A stretch of DNA of 64,000 nucleotides from Eledone cirrhosa (Eukaryota): assembly GCA_964016885.1 (NCBI GenBank), contig OZ024746.1, forward strand, positions 73,656,001 to 73,720,000. Reading direction: 5' to 3'. Positions 1-15,744 of the stretch are shown one piece after another. Numbering within the stretch: the first letter of the stretch is position 1; the number at the start of each line of letters is the position of its first letter. Position numbers and translations under genes: made by a program. The notes under the pieces were generated by a model. The model did not search any database. It was not told the DNA's origin and saw only the letters and a program-made list of their open reading frames with translations.

Positions 1-355
1 CCTCACAGTATCCATTAGTGAATATGTTCATAGCCTCTGTTGAGAAAGAATTATGGACATAAATGGCAGTTCCGCCCTTTCTTCTGCCAGCGCGATCAGC
101 ACGGATGGCTTTGAAATTTTTCACTTTCACCTCGGCTTCCAAGTGGAGGTTACTGAGATGGGTTTCAGTGAGGACGAAGAAAGGGATGTGGTTTGGATGG
201 ACATCAATCCAGTCCTCCAGGAATTTGATCTTCCATTTTTGAGTATTGGTGGAAGGGCTGATGCCTTGGGCGTTAAGCAAAAATGTAGAGGCGAGAGTGG
301 ATGGTTTTAATTGTTTTGGTGTGTTGTTAATTTGTTTGTTTGTTAATGGCAGCAA
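1..355 (-). CDS. LINE ORF2 N-terminus (APE endonuclease), partial at window edge
   Basis: Mirror of 5122-5476 (LNAQG, TETHL, DR..R.GGG motifs). Confidence 0.85.
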   Translation of the reverse strand, partial: MLPLTNKQINNTPKQLKPSTLASTFLLNAQGISPSTNTQKWKIKFLEDWIDVHPNHIPFFVLTETHLSNLHLEAEVKVKNFKAIRADRAGRRKGGTAIYVHNSFSTEAMNIFTNGYCE

Positions 356-1506
356 TGGGAGTTTGTGCAGTGGGGTGATAGTGGAGGGTGGTGCTGGGTG
401 ATAGCTCGAATGTTTTTTTCCAGTTCTTTTGCCAGATTCATTATGGCTAAAAAAGAGGAAGAAGTTTCCTGTTTAGAAGACTGTTGGTGACTGTGGTAGT
501 GGTTATTTTTATGTAGGTTATGGTTTTTGTTTTTGCTTTTATTTTCATTTATCCGACGGGTCCCCGGGAGATGGGTAAAGGGACAATCCCGGTCTAAACA
601 CAATCTGTCTCGCAGGGAAAAACGGCAGATTTGTGGATTCCTTGTTTGAGTTATTGGTGGTTGTGTTGGTGTTAAATTAGAGTATGTATTATGGTGGTGG
701 CTGTTTGTGGGGATAGATCGTTTTGTCCTAGGTAAATGGGTGAATTTGCAGCCACTATCCGTACATATTCTATAGCGTAGAGAGTAGCGGCAAATGATGG
801 GGTTTCGAGTGGGTGGGTATATGGGTGTGGGTGTTGTGAGAGGTGTAGATGATGGTTTGGGTAGGATTTGACGACCTTTGTGGACTGTGGGAGGGAGAGT
901 TCTTGTTCTGGTATTAGAAGGTAAATTCCTTGACATAGCAGTAGACAAAAATGTTGTAGTAGTAGTAGTAGTAGTAGGCAGAGATGTTGGCAGTGGTGAT
1001 GATTGGACTGCTGGGCCAGAGAAAGGATGTGGCGTTTCATGCTGTGAGACAGAGGCTACTGGGGGGTCAATAGTTTCATTTAGTAGATCGGCCATTGTTG
1101 ATGAATCAAGGAGTGGTTCACACTGTTGTTGTTGCTGTTGTTGATGTTGTTGTTGTAGCTGTTGTTGATGTTGTTGTTGTTGCTGTTGTAGCTGCTGTTG
1201 TTGTTGTTGTTGCTGTTGTAGCTGCTGTTGTTGTTGTTGCTGCTGCTGGACAGCATTCGAAGAGAAAACACACCGTAGTTTATCCAAATGTTTATTGATT
1301 AATTTAAAAGCAATTTCGATTTGCTTTAATTTATTTTGAATCTGTTGTTCAGATCGAGTTTTCAAAAATTGAACTGTACGTTTAGCAATGTCGTTCAGAG
1401 ATGAAGCATCTATATCTTCTGTTTGGGAAAGGCAATGCCATGTGTTTATTAGAATGTCGATTTCATTATCAGACCAGTTCTGTTTGGATTTTTGCTGGTT
1501 AGCCAT
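343..1506 (-). CDS. LINE ORF1 (intact, 387 aa): N-terminal Myb/SANT-like helix bundle, polyQ, Pro/Thr linker, two CCCH-type zinc fingers
   Basis: NWSDNEIDILINTW...RSEQQIQNKLKQI resembles the Myb/SANT-like (trihelix) pattern; CRYSLRYRICTDSGCKFTH and CRFSLRDRLCLDRDCPFTH are C-x8-C-x4-C-x3-H; lies directly upstream of APE-RT ORF2. Confidence 0.85.
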   Translation of the reverse strand: MANQQKSKQNWSDNEIDILINTWHCLSQTEDIDASSLNDIAKRTVQFLKTRSEQQIQNKLKQIEIAFKLINKHLDKLRCVFSSNAVQQQQQQQQQLQQQQQQQQQLQQQQQQHQQQLQQQHQQQQQQQCEPLLDSSTMADLLNETIDPPVASVSQHETPHPFSGPAVQSSPLPTSLPTTTTTTTTFLSTAMSRNLPSNTRTRTLPPTVHKGRQILPKPSSTPLTTPTPIYPPTRNPIICRYSLRYRICTDSGCKFTHLPRTKRSIPTNSHHHNTYSNLTPTQPPITQTRNPQICRFSLRDRLCLDRDCPFTHLPGTRRINENKSKNKNHNLHKNNHYHSHQQSSKQETSSSFLAIMNLAKELEKNIRAITQHHPPLSPHCTNSHCCH

Positions 1507-1516
1507 TCTAGTTTTG

Positions 1517-2152
1517 AGTGTGTGTGTGTTTTAGTTAAGTATTTCAATATATATATATTTTTTTTTTTTAATTTATTTTTGATTTATTTTTGTTTTTTGT
1601 TTTTCTTGTGTGTGAGTGAGAAGCGTATATATATAAATATGAGTATATATATATATGTATATTCTGGTTATTTGAAATTAATTAAGTTAATGAAAAGACG
1701 AAAGTATATAATAATAATTTGTAGTTAAAGGAAAATGTACTCACAAGTTCGTGTGTGTGTGTTTTAGTTAAGTATTTCAATATATATATTTTTTTTTTAA
1801 ATTTATTTTTGTTTTTTGTTTTTCTTGTGTGTGAGTGAGAAGCGTATATATATAAATATGAGTATATATATATATATATATGTATATTCTGGTTATTTGA
1901 AATTAATGAAAAGACGAAAGTATATAATAATAATTTGTAGTTAAAGGAAAATGTACTCACAAGTTCGAAAACACGTGGTTTCAAATATATAATAATATAG
2001 ATGTATGAAAAATGTATTAACCGGTCAATTTTCAAATATATAATAATATAGATGTATGAAAAATGTATTAACCGGTCAATTTTCAAATATATAATAATAT
2101 AGATGTATGAAAATGTATTAACCGGTCAATTTTTGTTTGTTTGGTTTTGTCT
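1517..2152 (-). repeat. 5' UTR tandem repeats of left LINE: two ~230-bp units plus three ~60-bp units
   Basis: TTTCAAATATATAATAATATAGATGTATGAAAAATGTATTAACCGGTCAA occurs three times (about 1978-2150); two longer units at 1517-1967. Confidence 0.85.
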
Positions 2153-2240
2153 TGTGGTTTTGTTTTGTGGCTGTGTGACTTGCTGCTTACTCGGGGAGAG
2201 AAGTAAAAACACGTCCTTATACTTCAACTGCTCAACTGCT

Positions 2241-3302
<1,062 letters not shown>

Positions 3303-3471
3303 CAGTTGAGCAGTTGAAGTATAAGGACGTGTTTTTACTTCTCTCCCCGAGTAAGCAGCAAGTCACACAGCCACAAAACAAAACCACACGACAAAACCAA
3401 ACAAACAAAAATTGACCGGTTAATACATTTTCATACATCTATATTATTATATATTTGAAACCACGTGTTTT

Positions 3472-3950
3472 CGAACTTGTGAGTACATTTTCCTTTAACT
3501 ACAAATTATTATTATATACTTTCGTCTTTTCATTAACTTAATTAATTTCAAATAACCAGAATATACATATATATATATATATATACTCATATTTATATAT
3601 ATACGCTTCTCACTCACACACAAGAAAAACAAAAAACAAAAAAATAAATCAAAAATAAATTTAAAAAAAAATATATATATATTGAAATACTTAACTAAAA
3701 CACACACACACGAACTTGTGAGTACATTTTCCTTTAACTACAAATTATTATTATATACTTTCGTCTTTTCATTAACTTAATTAATTTCAAATAACCAGAA
3801 TATACATATATATATATATATATACTCATATTTATATATATACGCTTCTCACTCACACACAAGAAAAACAAAAAACAAAAATAAATCAAAATAAATTTAA
3901 AAAAAAATATATATATATATTGAAATACTTAACTAAAACACACACACACT
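3472..3950 (+). repeat. Two ~239-bp tandem units in LINE 5' UTR
   Basis: CGAACTTGTGAGTACATTTTCC starts at 3472 and at 3711. Confidence 0.9.
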
Positions 3951-3960
3951 CAAAACTAGA

Positions 3961-5134
3961 ATGGCTAACCAGCAAAAATCCAAACAGAACTGGTCTGATA
4001 ATGAAATCGACATTCTAATAAACACATGGCATTGCCTTTCCCAAACAGAAGATATAGATGCTTCATCTCTGAACGACATTGCTAAACGTACAGTTCAATT
4101 TTTGAAAACTCGATCTGAACAACAGATTCAAAATAAATTAAAGCAAATCGAAATTGCTTTTAAATTAATCAATAAACATTTGGATAAACTACGGTGTGTT
4201 TTCTCTTCGAATGCTGTCCAGCAGCAGCAACAACAACAACAGCAGCTACAACAGCAACAACAACAACAGCTACAACAACAACATCAACAACAGCTACAAC
4301 AACAACATCAAAAACAGCAACAACAACAACAACGACAACAACAGTGTGAACCACTCCTTGATATCAACAATGGCCGATCTACTAAATGAAACTATTGACC
4401 CCCCAGTAGCCTCTGTCTCACAGCATGAAACGCCACATCCTTTCTCTGGCCCAGCAGTCCAATCATCACCACTGCCAACATCTCTGCCTACTACTACTAC
4501 TACTACTACAACATTTTTGTCTACTGCTATGTCAAGGAATTTACCTTCTAATACCAGAACAAGAACTCTCCCTCCCACAGTCCACAAAGGTCGTCAAATC
4601 CTACCCAAACCATCATCTACACCTCTCACAACACACACACCCACATACCCACCCACTCGAAACCCCATCATTTGCCGCTACTCTCTACGCTATAGAATAT
4701 GTACGGATAGTGGCTGCAAATTCACCCATTTACCTAGGACAAAACGATCTATCCCCACAAACAGCCACCACCATAATACATACTCTAATTTAACACCAAC
4801 ACAACCACCAATAACTCAAACAAGGAATCCACAAATCTGCCGTTTTTCCCTGCGAGACAGATTGTGTTTAGACCGGGATTGTCCCTTTACCCATCTCCCG
4901 GGGACCCGTCGGATAAATGAAAATAAAATTAAAAATAAAAGCAAAAACAAAAACCATAACCTACATAAAAATAACCACTACCACAGTCACCAACAGTCTT
5001 CTAAACAGGAAACCTCTTCCTCTTTTTTAGCCATAATGAATCTGGCAAAAGAACTGGAAAAAAACATTCGAGCTATCACCCAGCACCACCCTCCACTATC
5101 ACCCCACTGCACAAACTCCCATTGCTGCCATTAA
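3961..5134 (+). pseudogene. LINE ORF1, frameshifted by a 2-bp deletion near 4362
   Basis: CCTTGAT-ATCAAC here versus CCTTGATTCATCAAC in the left copy; split into track ORFs 3961-4389 and 4196-5134. Confidence 0.88.
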
Positions 5135-8100
5135 CAAACAAACAAATTAACAACACACCAAAACAATTAAAACCATCCACTCTCGCCTCTACATTTTTGC
5201 TTAACGCCCAAGGCATCAGCCCTTCCACCAATACTCAAAAATGGAAGATCAAATTCCTGGAGGACTGGATTGATGTCCATCCAAACCACATCCCTTTCTT
5301 CGTCCTCACTGAAACCCATCTCAGTAACCTCCACTTGGAAGCCGAGGTGAAAGTGAAAAATTTCAAAGCCATCCGTGCTGATCGCGCTGGCAGAAGAAAG
5401 GGCGGAACTGCCATTTATGTCCATAATTCTTTCTCAACAGAGGCTATGAACATATTCACTAATGGATACTGTGAGGCAGTCACTGTATTCAGTCAAACCA
5501 ACAACCTATTAGTAGTTGGGCTCTATAGGCCACCCCAAACGCCTGTACCATGCTTCAAGGAATGCCTCAACAGCATAAAGTGTTTCATCCAAGAGTGTCA
5601 CCCTGACAACATCTTAATGATGGGGGACTTCAACCTCCCCGGAGTTGACTGGTCCACAAACACCCTGCCACCAGGTTCTTCTGCCTCAACCTCTGACAGG
5701 GAAGCTGTGGAATCGCTTCTTGACTTCATGGATGATTTCTTCCTATCCCAACTAGTGCTCGAACCAACGAGGTGCCACAAAAACGTCCTAGACTTAATTT
5801 TCAGCAATCACACTGACAATATCCACAATATTGCAGTGGAGAAAACCCTACTCTCTGATCATGACATGGTTCTCTGTGATCTGAGATTCCACCGTCCAAT
5901 ATACAAACCCAATGTCATCTCTCCTGTCCATCCGTTTGACGCTATGGATTTCCACAATGCAAACTGGGAAGCGATCAGTCATGATCTTGCACATGTCGAC
6001 TGGTCCTTCACGCACACTCATACACCCACTAACATCAAAAAGTCCTGGCAGACATTTGTGGACACTGTTACAAACATATGTGCTAAACACACCCCATTAA
6101 GAACTATAAACAAATCTAAGAGCAGAATCCCTAGAAATAGAAAAACGCTCATCAGAAAAATTAAGAGAACGAACAAAAAAATCAACAATCTGAAATACTG
6201 TCAGCAGCAACACATCAACTTGACTGCCATTTCATCACTAGAGATTAAAAAACATAACCTCCAAAACAACATAATGTCCCTCATCAACAATCAGAGAAGA
6301 GCTGAAGAGGCCTGGGCCATTGAGAAGATCAAACTCAATCCCAAAGTGTTCTTTTCATTTGCAAAAAAACACAAAATCACTGGCTCTACTGTTGGCCCTC
6401 TAATTGATGAAAATGGCACTCTTCAAGACAATGCTAAAACCATGGGTGAGATACTGCAGAAACAATACTGCTCTGTTTTCAGCAATCCTGATATGGCCGA
6501 TCTGGGCTGTATCGGTGATGTTACTCCCCATTACACCTTATCGGACATAACGTTTGGCGCCCCTGATGTCTTGGCGGCAATAAAGGAAATCAAGCATAAT
6601 TCAGCAGTAGGTCCCGATAGGTTCCCTGCTTGTGTCTTGAAGGCGTGTCAACACCAACTTGCTTCTCCTCTTGCCAATCTGTGGCGGAACTCACTGGATG
6701 CTGGATATGTGCCAGAAAACCTTCTATCCCAGTCTGTTGTCCCAGTTTTCAAAAAGGGAAACAAATCCCTTGCCGTGAATTACCGTCCAATCTCACTCAC
6801 CTCTCATATCATTAAGGTATTTGAGCGAGTGGTGAGATCGCGAATGACCCACTTCCTTGAGAGTAACAATATGCTGAACTCCAACCAGCATGGATTCCGT
6901 AATGGAAGGGATTGCCTGACGCAACTACTGCATCACTTTGATGACATTTTGAGAGCCTTGGGAGAGGGTTCCAACACTGATGTTATCTACCTTGATTTCA
7001 GCAAGGCCTTTGACAGGGTTGATCATAACATTCTACTGAGAAAGCTGTCCAATATTGGTGTCACTGGAAAGCTTCTGCAGTGGATCAAGAGCTTCCTGTC
7101 AAACAGAACCCAACATGTTGTAGTTGAGGGAGTCAAATCAAGCCCAGCCAAAGTCAGTAGTGGAGTCCCACAAGGCACTGTGTTGGGCCCACTTCTCTTC
7201 ATCATCTATATTAATGACATCACTGACATCATCAAACACAGCAACATTAAAATTTTCGCTGATGATTCCAAGCTCCAAAAGGTCATCAATGGCGTGGATG
7301 ACCGGATAAGCCTTCAGTCAGACCTACTGGCTGTTACCCAATGGGCAGAAAAGAACAACATGTTACTGAACGAAGACAAATTCGAACTGATCCACTTTGG
7401 AAAAGAGGATGCTCTGAAACTCCCGTACTCCCTTCCCTCCGGGGAAACTCTCGTGGCATCTAACAACATCAGAGACTTGGGAGTAACCGTGGACAGCAAC
7501 ATAAGCTGGACCACGCATATAAGCAGCAAAGTTGACATGGCCCGCAGAATGTGTTCCTGGATCCTCAGAACCTTCCAGTCGAGAGATTCCCGCACCATTA
7601 TCCTTCTCTTCTCTACTTTCGCCCGACCACACCTTGAATACTGTTGTCCACTGTGGTCTCCCCACACGAAACAAAGTATCATGAAACTTGAAGCTCCTCA
7701 AAGGGCAATCACGAAAAAGATAGATGGCATGTCAGACCTTGACTACTGGGGTCGATTGGAAAACCTGAAACTTTACTCACTCCAACGTCGCCGTGAGCGT
7801 TATATTATCTGCATGATGTGGAAAATGTTCCATCATCACTGCCCAAATGATGTTGGCATCGCCTTCAAGATACACCCAAGGCTTGGGCCCCGTGCTATCC
7901 GTCCCATTCAAAAATCTAAATCGCAACTCATAACAACAATACGGCACAATTATTTCACCTCAATCGGCCCTGCTCTCTTCAACATCACACCAGGACACGT
8001 CAAAACAGAAACTGACCACACAAAATTCAAGAAGTCTTTGGACAAATTCCTCCAAGTAATCCCGGACAAACCACCCACACCCGGATATGTCTCCGCAAAC

Positions 8101-8142
8101 AGTAATTCTCTTCTCGAATGGGCCATGGTGCCCAAATCCTGA
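5122..8142 (+). CDS. LINE ORF2: APE endonuclease + reverse transcriptase (1006 aa, intact, non-AUG start)
   Basis: APE motifs TETHL, YRPP, GDFN, LDLIF, SDH; RT motifs [37 protein letters not shown]; CR1-type C-terminus [12 protein letters not shown]. Confidence 0.96.
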   Translation: MLPLTNKQINNTPKQLKPSTLASTFLLNAQGISPSTNTQKWKIKFLEDWIDVHPNHIPFFVLTETHLSNLHLEAEVKVKNFKAIRADRAGRRKGGTAIYVHNSFSTEAMNIFTNGYCEAVTVFSQTNNLLVVGLYRPPQTPVPCFKECLNSIKCFIQECHPDNILMMGDFNLPGVDWSTNTLPPGSSASTSDREAVESLLDFMDDFFLSQLVLEPTRCHKNVLDLIFSNHTDNIHNIAVEKTLLSDHDMVLCDLRFHRPIYKPNVISPVHPFDAMDFHNANWEAISHDLAHVDWSFTHTHTPTNIKKSWQTFVDTVTNICAKHTPLRTINKSKSRIPRNRKTLIRKIKRTNKKINNLKYCQQQHINLTAISSLEIKKHNLQNNIMSLINNQRRAEEAWAIEKIKLNPKVFFSFAKKHKITGSTVGPLIDENGTLQDNAKTMGEILQKQYCSVFSNPDMADLGCIGDVTPHYTLSDITFGAPDVLAAIKEIKHNSAVGPDRFPACVLKACQHQLASPLANLWRNSLDAGYVPENLLSQSVVPVFKKGNKSLAVNYRPISLTSHIIKVFERVVRSRMTHFLESNNMLNSNQHGFRNGRDCLTQLLHHFDDILRALGEGSNTDVIYLDFSKAFDRVDHNILLRKLSNIGVTGKLLQWIKSFLSNRTQHVVVEGVKSSPAKVSSGVPQGTVLGPLLFIIYINDITDIIKHSNIKIFADDSKLQKVINGVDDRISLQSDLLAVTQWAEKNNMLLNEDKFELIHFGKEDALKLPYSLPSGETLVASNNIRDLGVTVDSNISWTTHISSKVDMARRMCSWILRTFQSRDSRTIILLFSTFARPHLEYCCPLWSPHTKQSIMKLEAPQRAITKKIDGMSDLDYWGRLENLKLYSLQRRRERYIICMMWKMFHHHCPNDVGIAFKIHPRLGPRAIRPIQKSKSQLITTIRHNYFTSIGPALFNITPGHVKTETDHTKFKKSLDKFLQVIPDKPPTPGYVSANSNSLLEWAMVPKS

Positions 8143-8230
8143 ATTGAAAGACTTCGCCAGGTGGTGCTATTAAGTTAGACATGGCCTGGGCCAATACTGG
8201 CCAAAACATTTCAAAGTTATTCAAAGTTAT

Positions 8231-10172
<1,942 letters not shown>

Positions 10173-11345
10173 GTGGACGTGATATATCTTGACTTTGTGA
10201 AGGCCTTTGCCAAGGTAGACCACGGAATTATATGTCACAAACTACACAGAGTCGGCATAACTGGAAAAGTAGGTGAGTGGCTGCATGACTTCTTAAAGGA
10301 CAGAAGCCAGACAGTCGCAGCAAACGGGGCCCTCTCAAAGGAAACATCAATAACAAGTGGGGTGCCCCAAGGTACAATCCTGGGACCACTACTGTTTTTG
10401 GTGGTTCTCTCAGACATGCCCTCTGTAGTACATACAACATCCCTCACTAGCTATGTTGATGATACTAAGGTAGCACAGGCAATCAAAAACCCGGCTGACG
10501 CTGCCCTTTTACAACAACATCTGGATGCCATATACAAATGAGCGGAAGACAACAACATGCAGTTTAATGCTGGTAAATTCCAAGCCCTAAAATGCAAACC
10601 TGCAAACACAAATACAGTACAACACAGTTACGCTGGATCAGGAGCGACCGATAATCCCGTGTCGAAATCGATACGAGACCTAGGTATAGACATGAGCGAC
10701 GATGCATCTTTTTCCTCACACATCATGAAAGTGGCGACAATGTGCAGACGACTCGCTGGCTGGATCTTGAGGACTTTCCGGACAAGAGACCGAGACACCA
10801 TGTTGATACTATGGAGGATATTTGTCCTAAGCCTCCTGGACAATTGCTCCCAGTTGTGGTCACCCCATAGTGTCAAACTAACGAGCGAGCTTGAGGCAAT
10901 CCAGCGAAGCTACACCAAGAGGATTGCCACGACGAAGGAGATAAGCTACTGGGAGAGGCTAAAAGAATTGAACCTCTACTCCATGGAACGAAGACAGGAG
11001 AGATACGCAGTGATCTACATGTGCAAAATCCTGGAGGGCCTAGCACTAAACTTTAGCATTGGGAGCTGGACCAACCGTCGAACAGGACACCAATGTGTGG
11101 TGCCAAAAGTCCCGTCTTCCACATCTAGAATAAGGAGCAGATATTTCAATAGCCTGGGGTTCAAGAGCCCTCAACTCTTCAACAAGCTGCCAAGAGATCT
11201 GAGAGATCTGCATGGTATGGACGTGAATGTTTTCAAGAAACATCTCGACACCTTGCTATCCAGGATCCCGGATGAGTCCACAGCAAGGCACGAGGGAAAC
11301 CTAAGGGCAGCACCAACGAACTCCCTCTTGCACTAGTGGCCAACC
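10173..11345 (+). pseudogene. 5'-truncated CR1-group LINE, second family (RT C-terminal half, stop at 10539-10541)
   Basis: [47 protein letters not shown]; starts at (TA)n. Confidence 0.92.
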
Positions 11346-11419
11346 AATACAGTCTGGAGATAAAATGTGTACAATACAGGCTGGAGATAAAATGTGAACA
11401 AATAAATAAACATATAAAC

Positions 11420-11720
11420 AAAGATGGCGTAGAAAATAAAGATGGGGTAGAAAATACAATGCAACGGGAGGAAACAATAGCAACACTGACGATGTTGCAG
11501 ATGTTCAACGAAAGAACTTTGATAGGCTATATATATGTGTTTGTGTCTATATTGAATCTGTATTTTTGACCGTTGGTCAGTCAATGGCAACATTGAGGAC
11601 CGAATAAATGAAATTAACCGATATAAAAGACACAGAAGCGAAGAACGAAAACCAACCAAACAGTGAGTGTGTTCTGTTATTAATTCTGGCAATATTACAC
11701 AAATATGACCCTCCCCAAAT
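11420..11720 (+). mobile_element. Hammerhead-bearing short element related to family C (Penelope pLTR-like)
   Basis: Shares AA(A/G)ATGGCGTAG, hammerhead core with GAAAGAACT, and ATGACCCTCCC with 18601-18858. Confidence 0.6.
11482..11523 (+). ncRNA. Minimal hammerhead ribozyme motif (degenerate stem I)
   Basis: aaca CTGACGA t gttg..caac GAAA gaac TT tgat. Confidence 0.55.
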
Positions 11721-12028
11721 ATGTATATATATATATATATGTATATATATGTATATATATATACATGTATATATATTTATATGTATATATATATGTATAT
11801 ATTTGTATGTATATGCATATATATGTATATATATATGTATTTATATATATATGTATGTATATATATATATATATGTATATATATATGTATGTATATATAT
11901 ATATATATGTATATATATAAGTATGTATATATATATGTATATGCATATATATATGTATGTATATATGTATGTATATGCATATATATATGTATGTATATAT
12001 ATATGTATGTATATATATGTATATATGT

Positions 12029-12069
<41 letters not shown>

Positions 12070-12077
12070 TGTATGTA

Positions 12078-12482
12078 TATGACCCCTTAGCCTTTGTCAA
12101 GGCAGAATTCTAGGAGAAGGAAAACTCTGATATAACACCTGCAACCCTGATGGTATCCAATGATGTTGACTTGTTCCTCTTTTTGGTAAATATCATTTTG
12201 GTTAAGAGAGTGGGACTGGCTTTGTGCAGTGCCTTTGCTCACTATAAAAGCTTCATGGCACAGGCATTGCTTTATATCTGGAGATCTCTCTGTACTTGTC
12301 GTCACATGGTACCATGGGACCAGCACTATGAGTCAATAATTGTCACAAGTGTAGTGTTAGTACCAGAGTTTTCAAGTCGCTGGCTGGACTAAAAAGTCAC
12401 ACTCGTTCAGCGCATCGGTAGGAGTTCTCCTACATGGATATAAAGTAGTGGCCGTACTCGAAAACGAGTTGGCAGCCACCAT
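12078..12482 (+). mobile_element. Family B non-autonomous RTE-headed element, 5'-truncated
   Basis: Matches 62186-62590 (reverse complement); contains CTAGGAGAAGGAAAACTCTGAT; flanked by TA repeats. Confidence 0.8.
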
Positions 12483-12695
12483 ATGCATGTATATATGTAT
12501 GTATATGCATGTATATATGTATGTATATGTATGTATATATGTATATATATGCATGTATATATGTATGTATATGCATGTATATATGTATATATATGTATAT
12601 ATGTATATATATGTATGTATATATGTATATATATGTATATATGTATATATATGTATATGTATGTATATGTATGTATATATGCATATATATATGCA

Positions 12696-12727
<32 letters not shown>

Positions 12728-12855
12728 AATGTAGGAGGTGAGTTTTATTGTAGTACAATAAAGCAATGCAGATATCGGATAAGAAGCACTCTACAGTTTG
12801 TGGGACTGGAGTATGCATAATATAAGATCAAAAGATGGTTAAAGGAGTTCAATAT

Positions 12856-12924
12856 ATTTTATTATGCGCATTTCAAAAACAAACATCATCAAACAATAAT
12901 ATTTGTGTTTTCATCAGATAAAAC
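12856..12924 (-). ncRNA. Minimal type I hammerhead ribozyme (family A)
   Basis: gttttat CTGATGA [long stem II] GAAA tgcgca TA ataaaat on the minus strand. Confidence 0.8.
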
Positions 12925-13037
12925 AGGAGAACATGATATGAAGGCTAAAAAAACACTTGTTGATAGTGCAGTTGATATGTTGATTTAAAACTGCACTATC
13001 AACAAGTGTTTTTTTAGCCTTCATATCATGTTCTCCT

Positions 13038-13106
13038 GTTTTATCTGATGAAAACACAAATATTATTGTTTGATGATGTTTGTTTTTGAAATGCGCATAA
13101 TAAAAT
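13038..13106 (+). ncRNA. Minimal type I hammerhead ribozyme (family A)
   Basis: gttttat CTGATGA aaacacaaatattatt-gttt-gatgatgtttgttttt GAAA tgcgca TA ataaaat. Confidence 0.8.
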
Positions 13107-13145
13107 ATATTGAACTCCTTTAACCATCTTTTGATCTTATATTAT

Positions 13146-13166
13146 ATATATATATATATATGTATA

Positions 13167-13211
<45 letters not shown>

Positions 13212-13359
13212 GTATATATATATATATATGTATATATATGTATATTTATATATATGTATATATATATATATGTACATATATATGTATATATGTATATATA
13301 TGTATATATATGTATATATATATATATGTATATATATGTATATATATATATATGTATAT

Positions 13360-13404
<45 letters not shown>

Positions 13405-13574
13405 TGTATATGTATATATATATGTATATATATATATGTATATATATATGTATATATATATGTATATATATATGTATATATATATGTATATATATATGTA
13501 TATATATATGTATATATATATGTATATATATATGTATATATATATGTATATATATATGTATATATATGTATATA

Positions 13575-13627
<53 letters not shown>

Positions 13628-13684
13628 GTATATATATATGTATATATATATATGTATATATATGTATATATATATATGTATATA

Positions 13685-13729
<45 letters not shown>

Positions 13730-13973
13730 GTATATATATGTATATATATATGTATATATATGTATATATATATGTATATATATGTATATATATGTATATA
13801 GATGTATATATATGTATATGTATATATATGTGTATATATATATGTATATATATGTATATATATATATGTATATATATGTGTATGTATATGTATATATATG
13901 TGTATATATATATGTATATATATGTATATATATATATGTATATATATGTATATATATATGTATATATATGTAC

Positions 13974-14009
<36 letters not shown>

Positions 14010-14528
14010 GTATATGTATGTATATATATGTATATGTATATATATATGTATATATATGTATGTATATGTACATATATGTATATATATATGTATATATATT
14101 TATATATATGTATATATATATGTATATATATGTATATATATATGTATATATATGTATATATATATGTATATATATGTATATATATGTATATATATTTATA
14201 TATATATGTATATATATGCATATATATGTATATATATGTATATATATATGTATATATATATGTATATATATGTATATATATGTATATATATATGTATATA
14301 TATATGTATATATATGTATATATATATGTATATATATATGTATATATATGTATATATATATGTATATATATGTATATATATGTATATATATATGTATATA
14401 TATATGTATATATATGTATATATATGTATATATATGTATATATATATGTATATATATGTATATATGTATGTATATGTATATATATATATTTATATACGTA
14501 TATATGTATATATATATGAATATGTATA
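13146..14528. repeat. (TA)n/(TATG)n microsatellite
   Basis: Directly visible. Confidence 0.97.
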
Positions 14529-14776
14529 TATTGTTATACTTTGGGAGGGTCATGTTGCCAATAAGAAACACACGCACCAGTTGCTTTCACTTCAGTTTAT
14601 TATATATTTATAAATTTACAAATTTACAAATTTATAAATATATAATAAACTGAAGTGAAAGCAACTGGTGCGTGTGTTTCTTATTGGCAACATGACCCTC
14701 CCAAAGTATAACAATATCGGTTTCAACACACGATTTCAGATAAAGAATCTTGCTAAACAAATTCAGAAACGAAATA
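14529..14776. mobile_element. Family C 3' end as fold-back palindrome
   Basis: 14529-14615 is the inverse of about 14630-14716; same sequence as 18277-18440. Confidence 0.88.
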
Positions 14777-14904
14777 TGTATATATATGTATATATATATG
14801 AATATGTATATATATATATATGTATATATATATAGAGAGATGTATGTATATATGTATATATATATGAATATGTATATATATATATGTGTATATAGATGTA
14901 TGTA

Positions 14905-14979
<75 letters not shown>

Positions 14980-15402
14980 ATATATATATGTATGTGTATA
15001 TGTATATATATACATGTATGTATATACATATGTATGTATATATGTATATGTATATATGTATATATATATGTATGTATATGTATATATATATTTATATATG
15101 TATATATATATTTATGTATATATATGTATGTGTATATGTATATATATATGTATGTGTATATGTATATATATGTATGTGTGTATATATATTTATGTATATA
15201 TGTATATATATAATTTGTATATATATGTATGTATATATGTTTCTATATATATATGTATATATATGCATGTATATATGTATATACATATGTATATATGTAT
15301 ATATATATGTATATATATATATATGTATATATGTATATATATATGTATATATATATATATGTATATATGTATGTATATATGTATATATATATGTATATAT
15401 AT

Positions 15403-15600
15403 GTGAAGGCTCATGGCTTAATGGTTAGAGCATTGGGCTTGCACTGGAAAGGTTGTGAGTTCAATTCTCGCGTTGCTCCAGTTTGCTCAGCTATAAAAAT
15501 GAGACGATGGGGTCCCTATCATTAAGTTACTCAAGATACCTCTACCGAGATATACCCTGGAGGAGGCCAGCTAAACCTGCATATGTGTGAACTGTCACAC
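15403..15600 (+). mobile_element. Degenerate tRNA-derived SINE
   Basis: A box TGGCTTAATGG and B box GAGTTCAATTC; head similar to 15968-16187. Confidence 0.65.
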
Positions 15601-15744
15601 ACACACATATATATATGTATGTATATATATATATATAAATGTGGTATATATATGTGTATATACATAAATGTGTATATATATATATATATGTGTATATATA
15701 TCCCTGTCAATCATGTGCTCAAAGGAAAGGAATCCTGAGCTCTT

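Larger units (their letters stand above)
1..2240 (-). mobile_element. CR1-group LINE, left copy (5' UTR, ORF1, start of ORF2; runs off window edge)
   Basis: Reverse complement of 3301-5476 at very high identity; same 5' end (AGCAGTTGAGCAGTTGAAG) abutting (TA)n. Confidence 0.93.
3301..8230 (+). mobile_element. Full-length CR1-group LINE inserted in (TA)n
   Basis: 5' UTR, ORF1, APE-RT ORF2, short 3' UTR ending in (CAAAGTTAT)x2 that runs into (TA)n. Confidence 0.95.
12728..13145. mobile_element. Family A element as fold-back palindrome
   Basis: 12818-12974 is the inverse of about 12988-13145; long arm extends to 12728. Confidence 0.9.

Noticed and set aside
53-310. 85-aa ORF (also 5167-5424) and other short ORFs overlapping LINEs
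   Set aside because: Antisense or alternate-frame shadows of LINE ORFs
12150-12392. Recurrent 80-aa ORF (MVSNDVDLF...) in family B copies
   Set aside because: Conserved only because the copies are recent; not maintained in sister family H; no recognisable domain
13038-13106. SECIS element in family A stem
   Set aside because: Spacing between AUGA and GA is too short; hammerhead fit is much better
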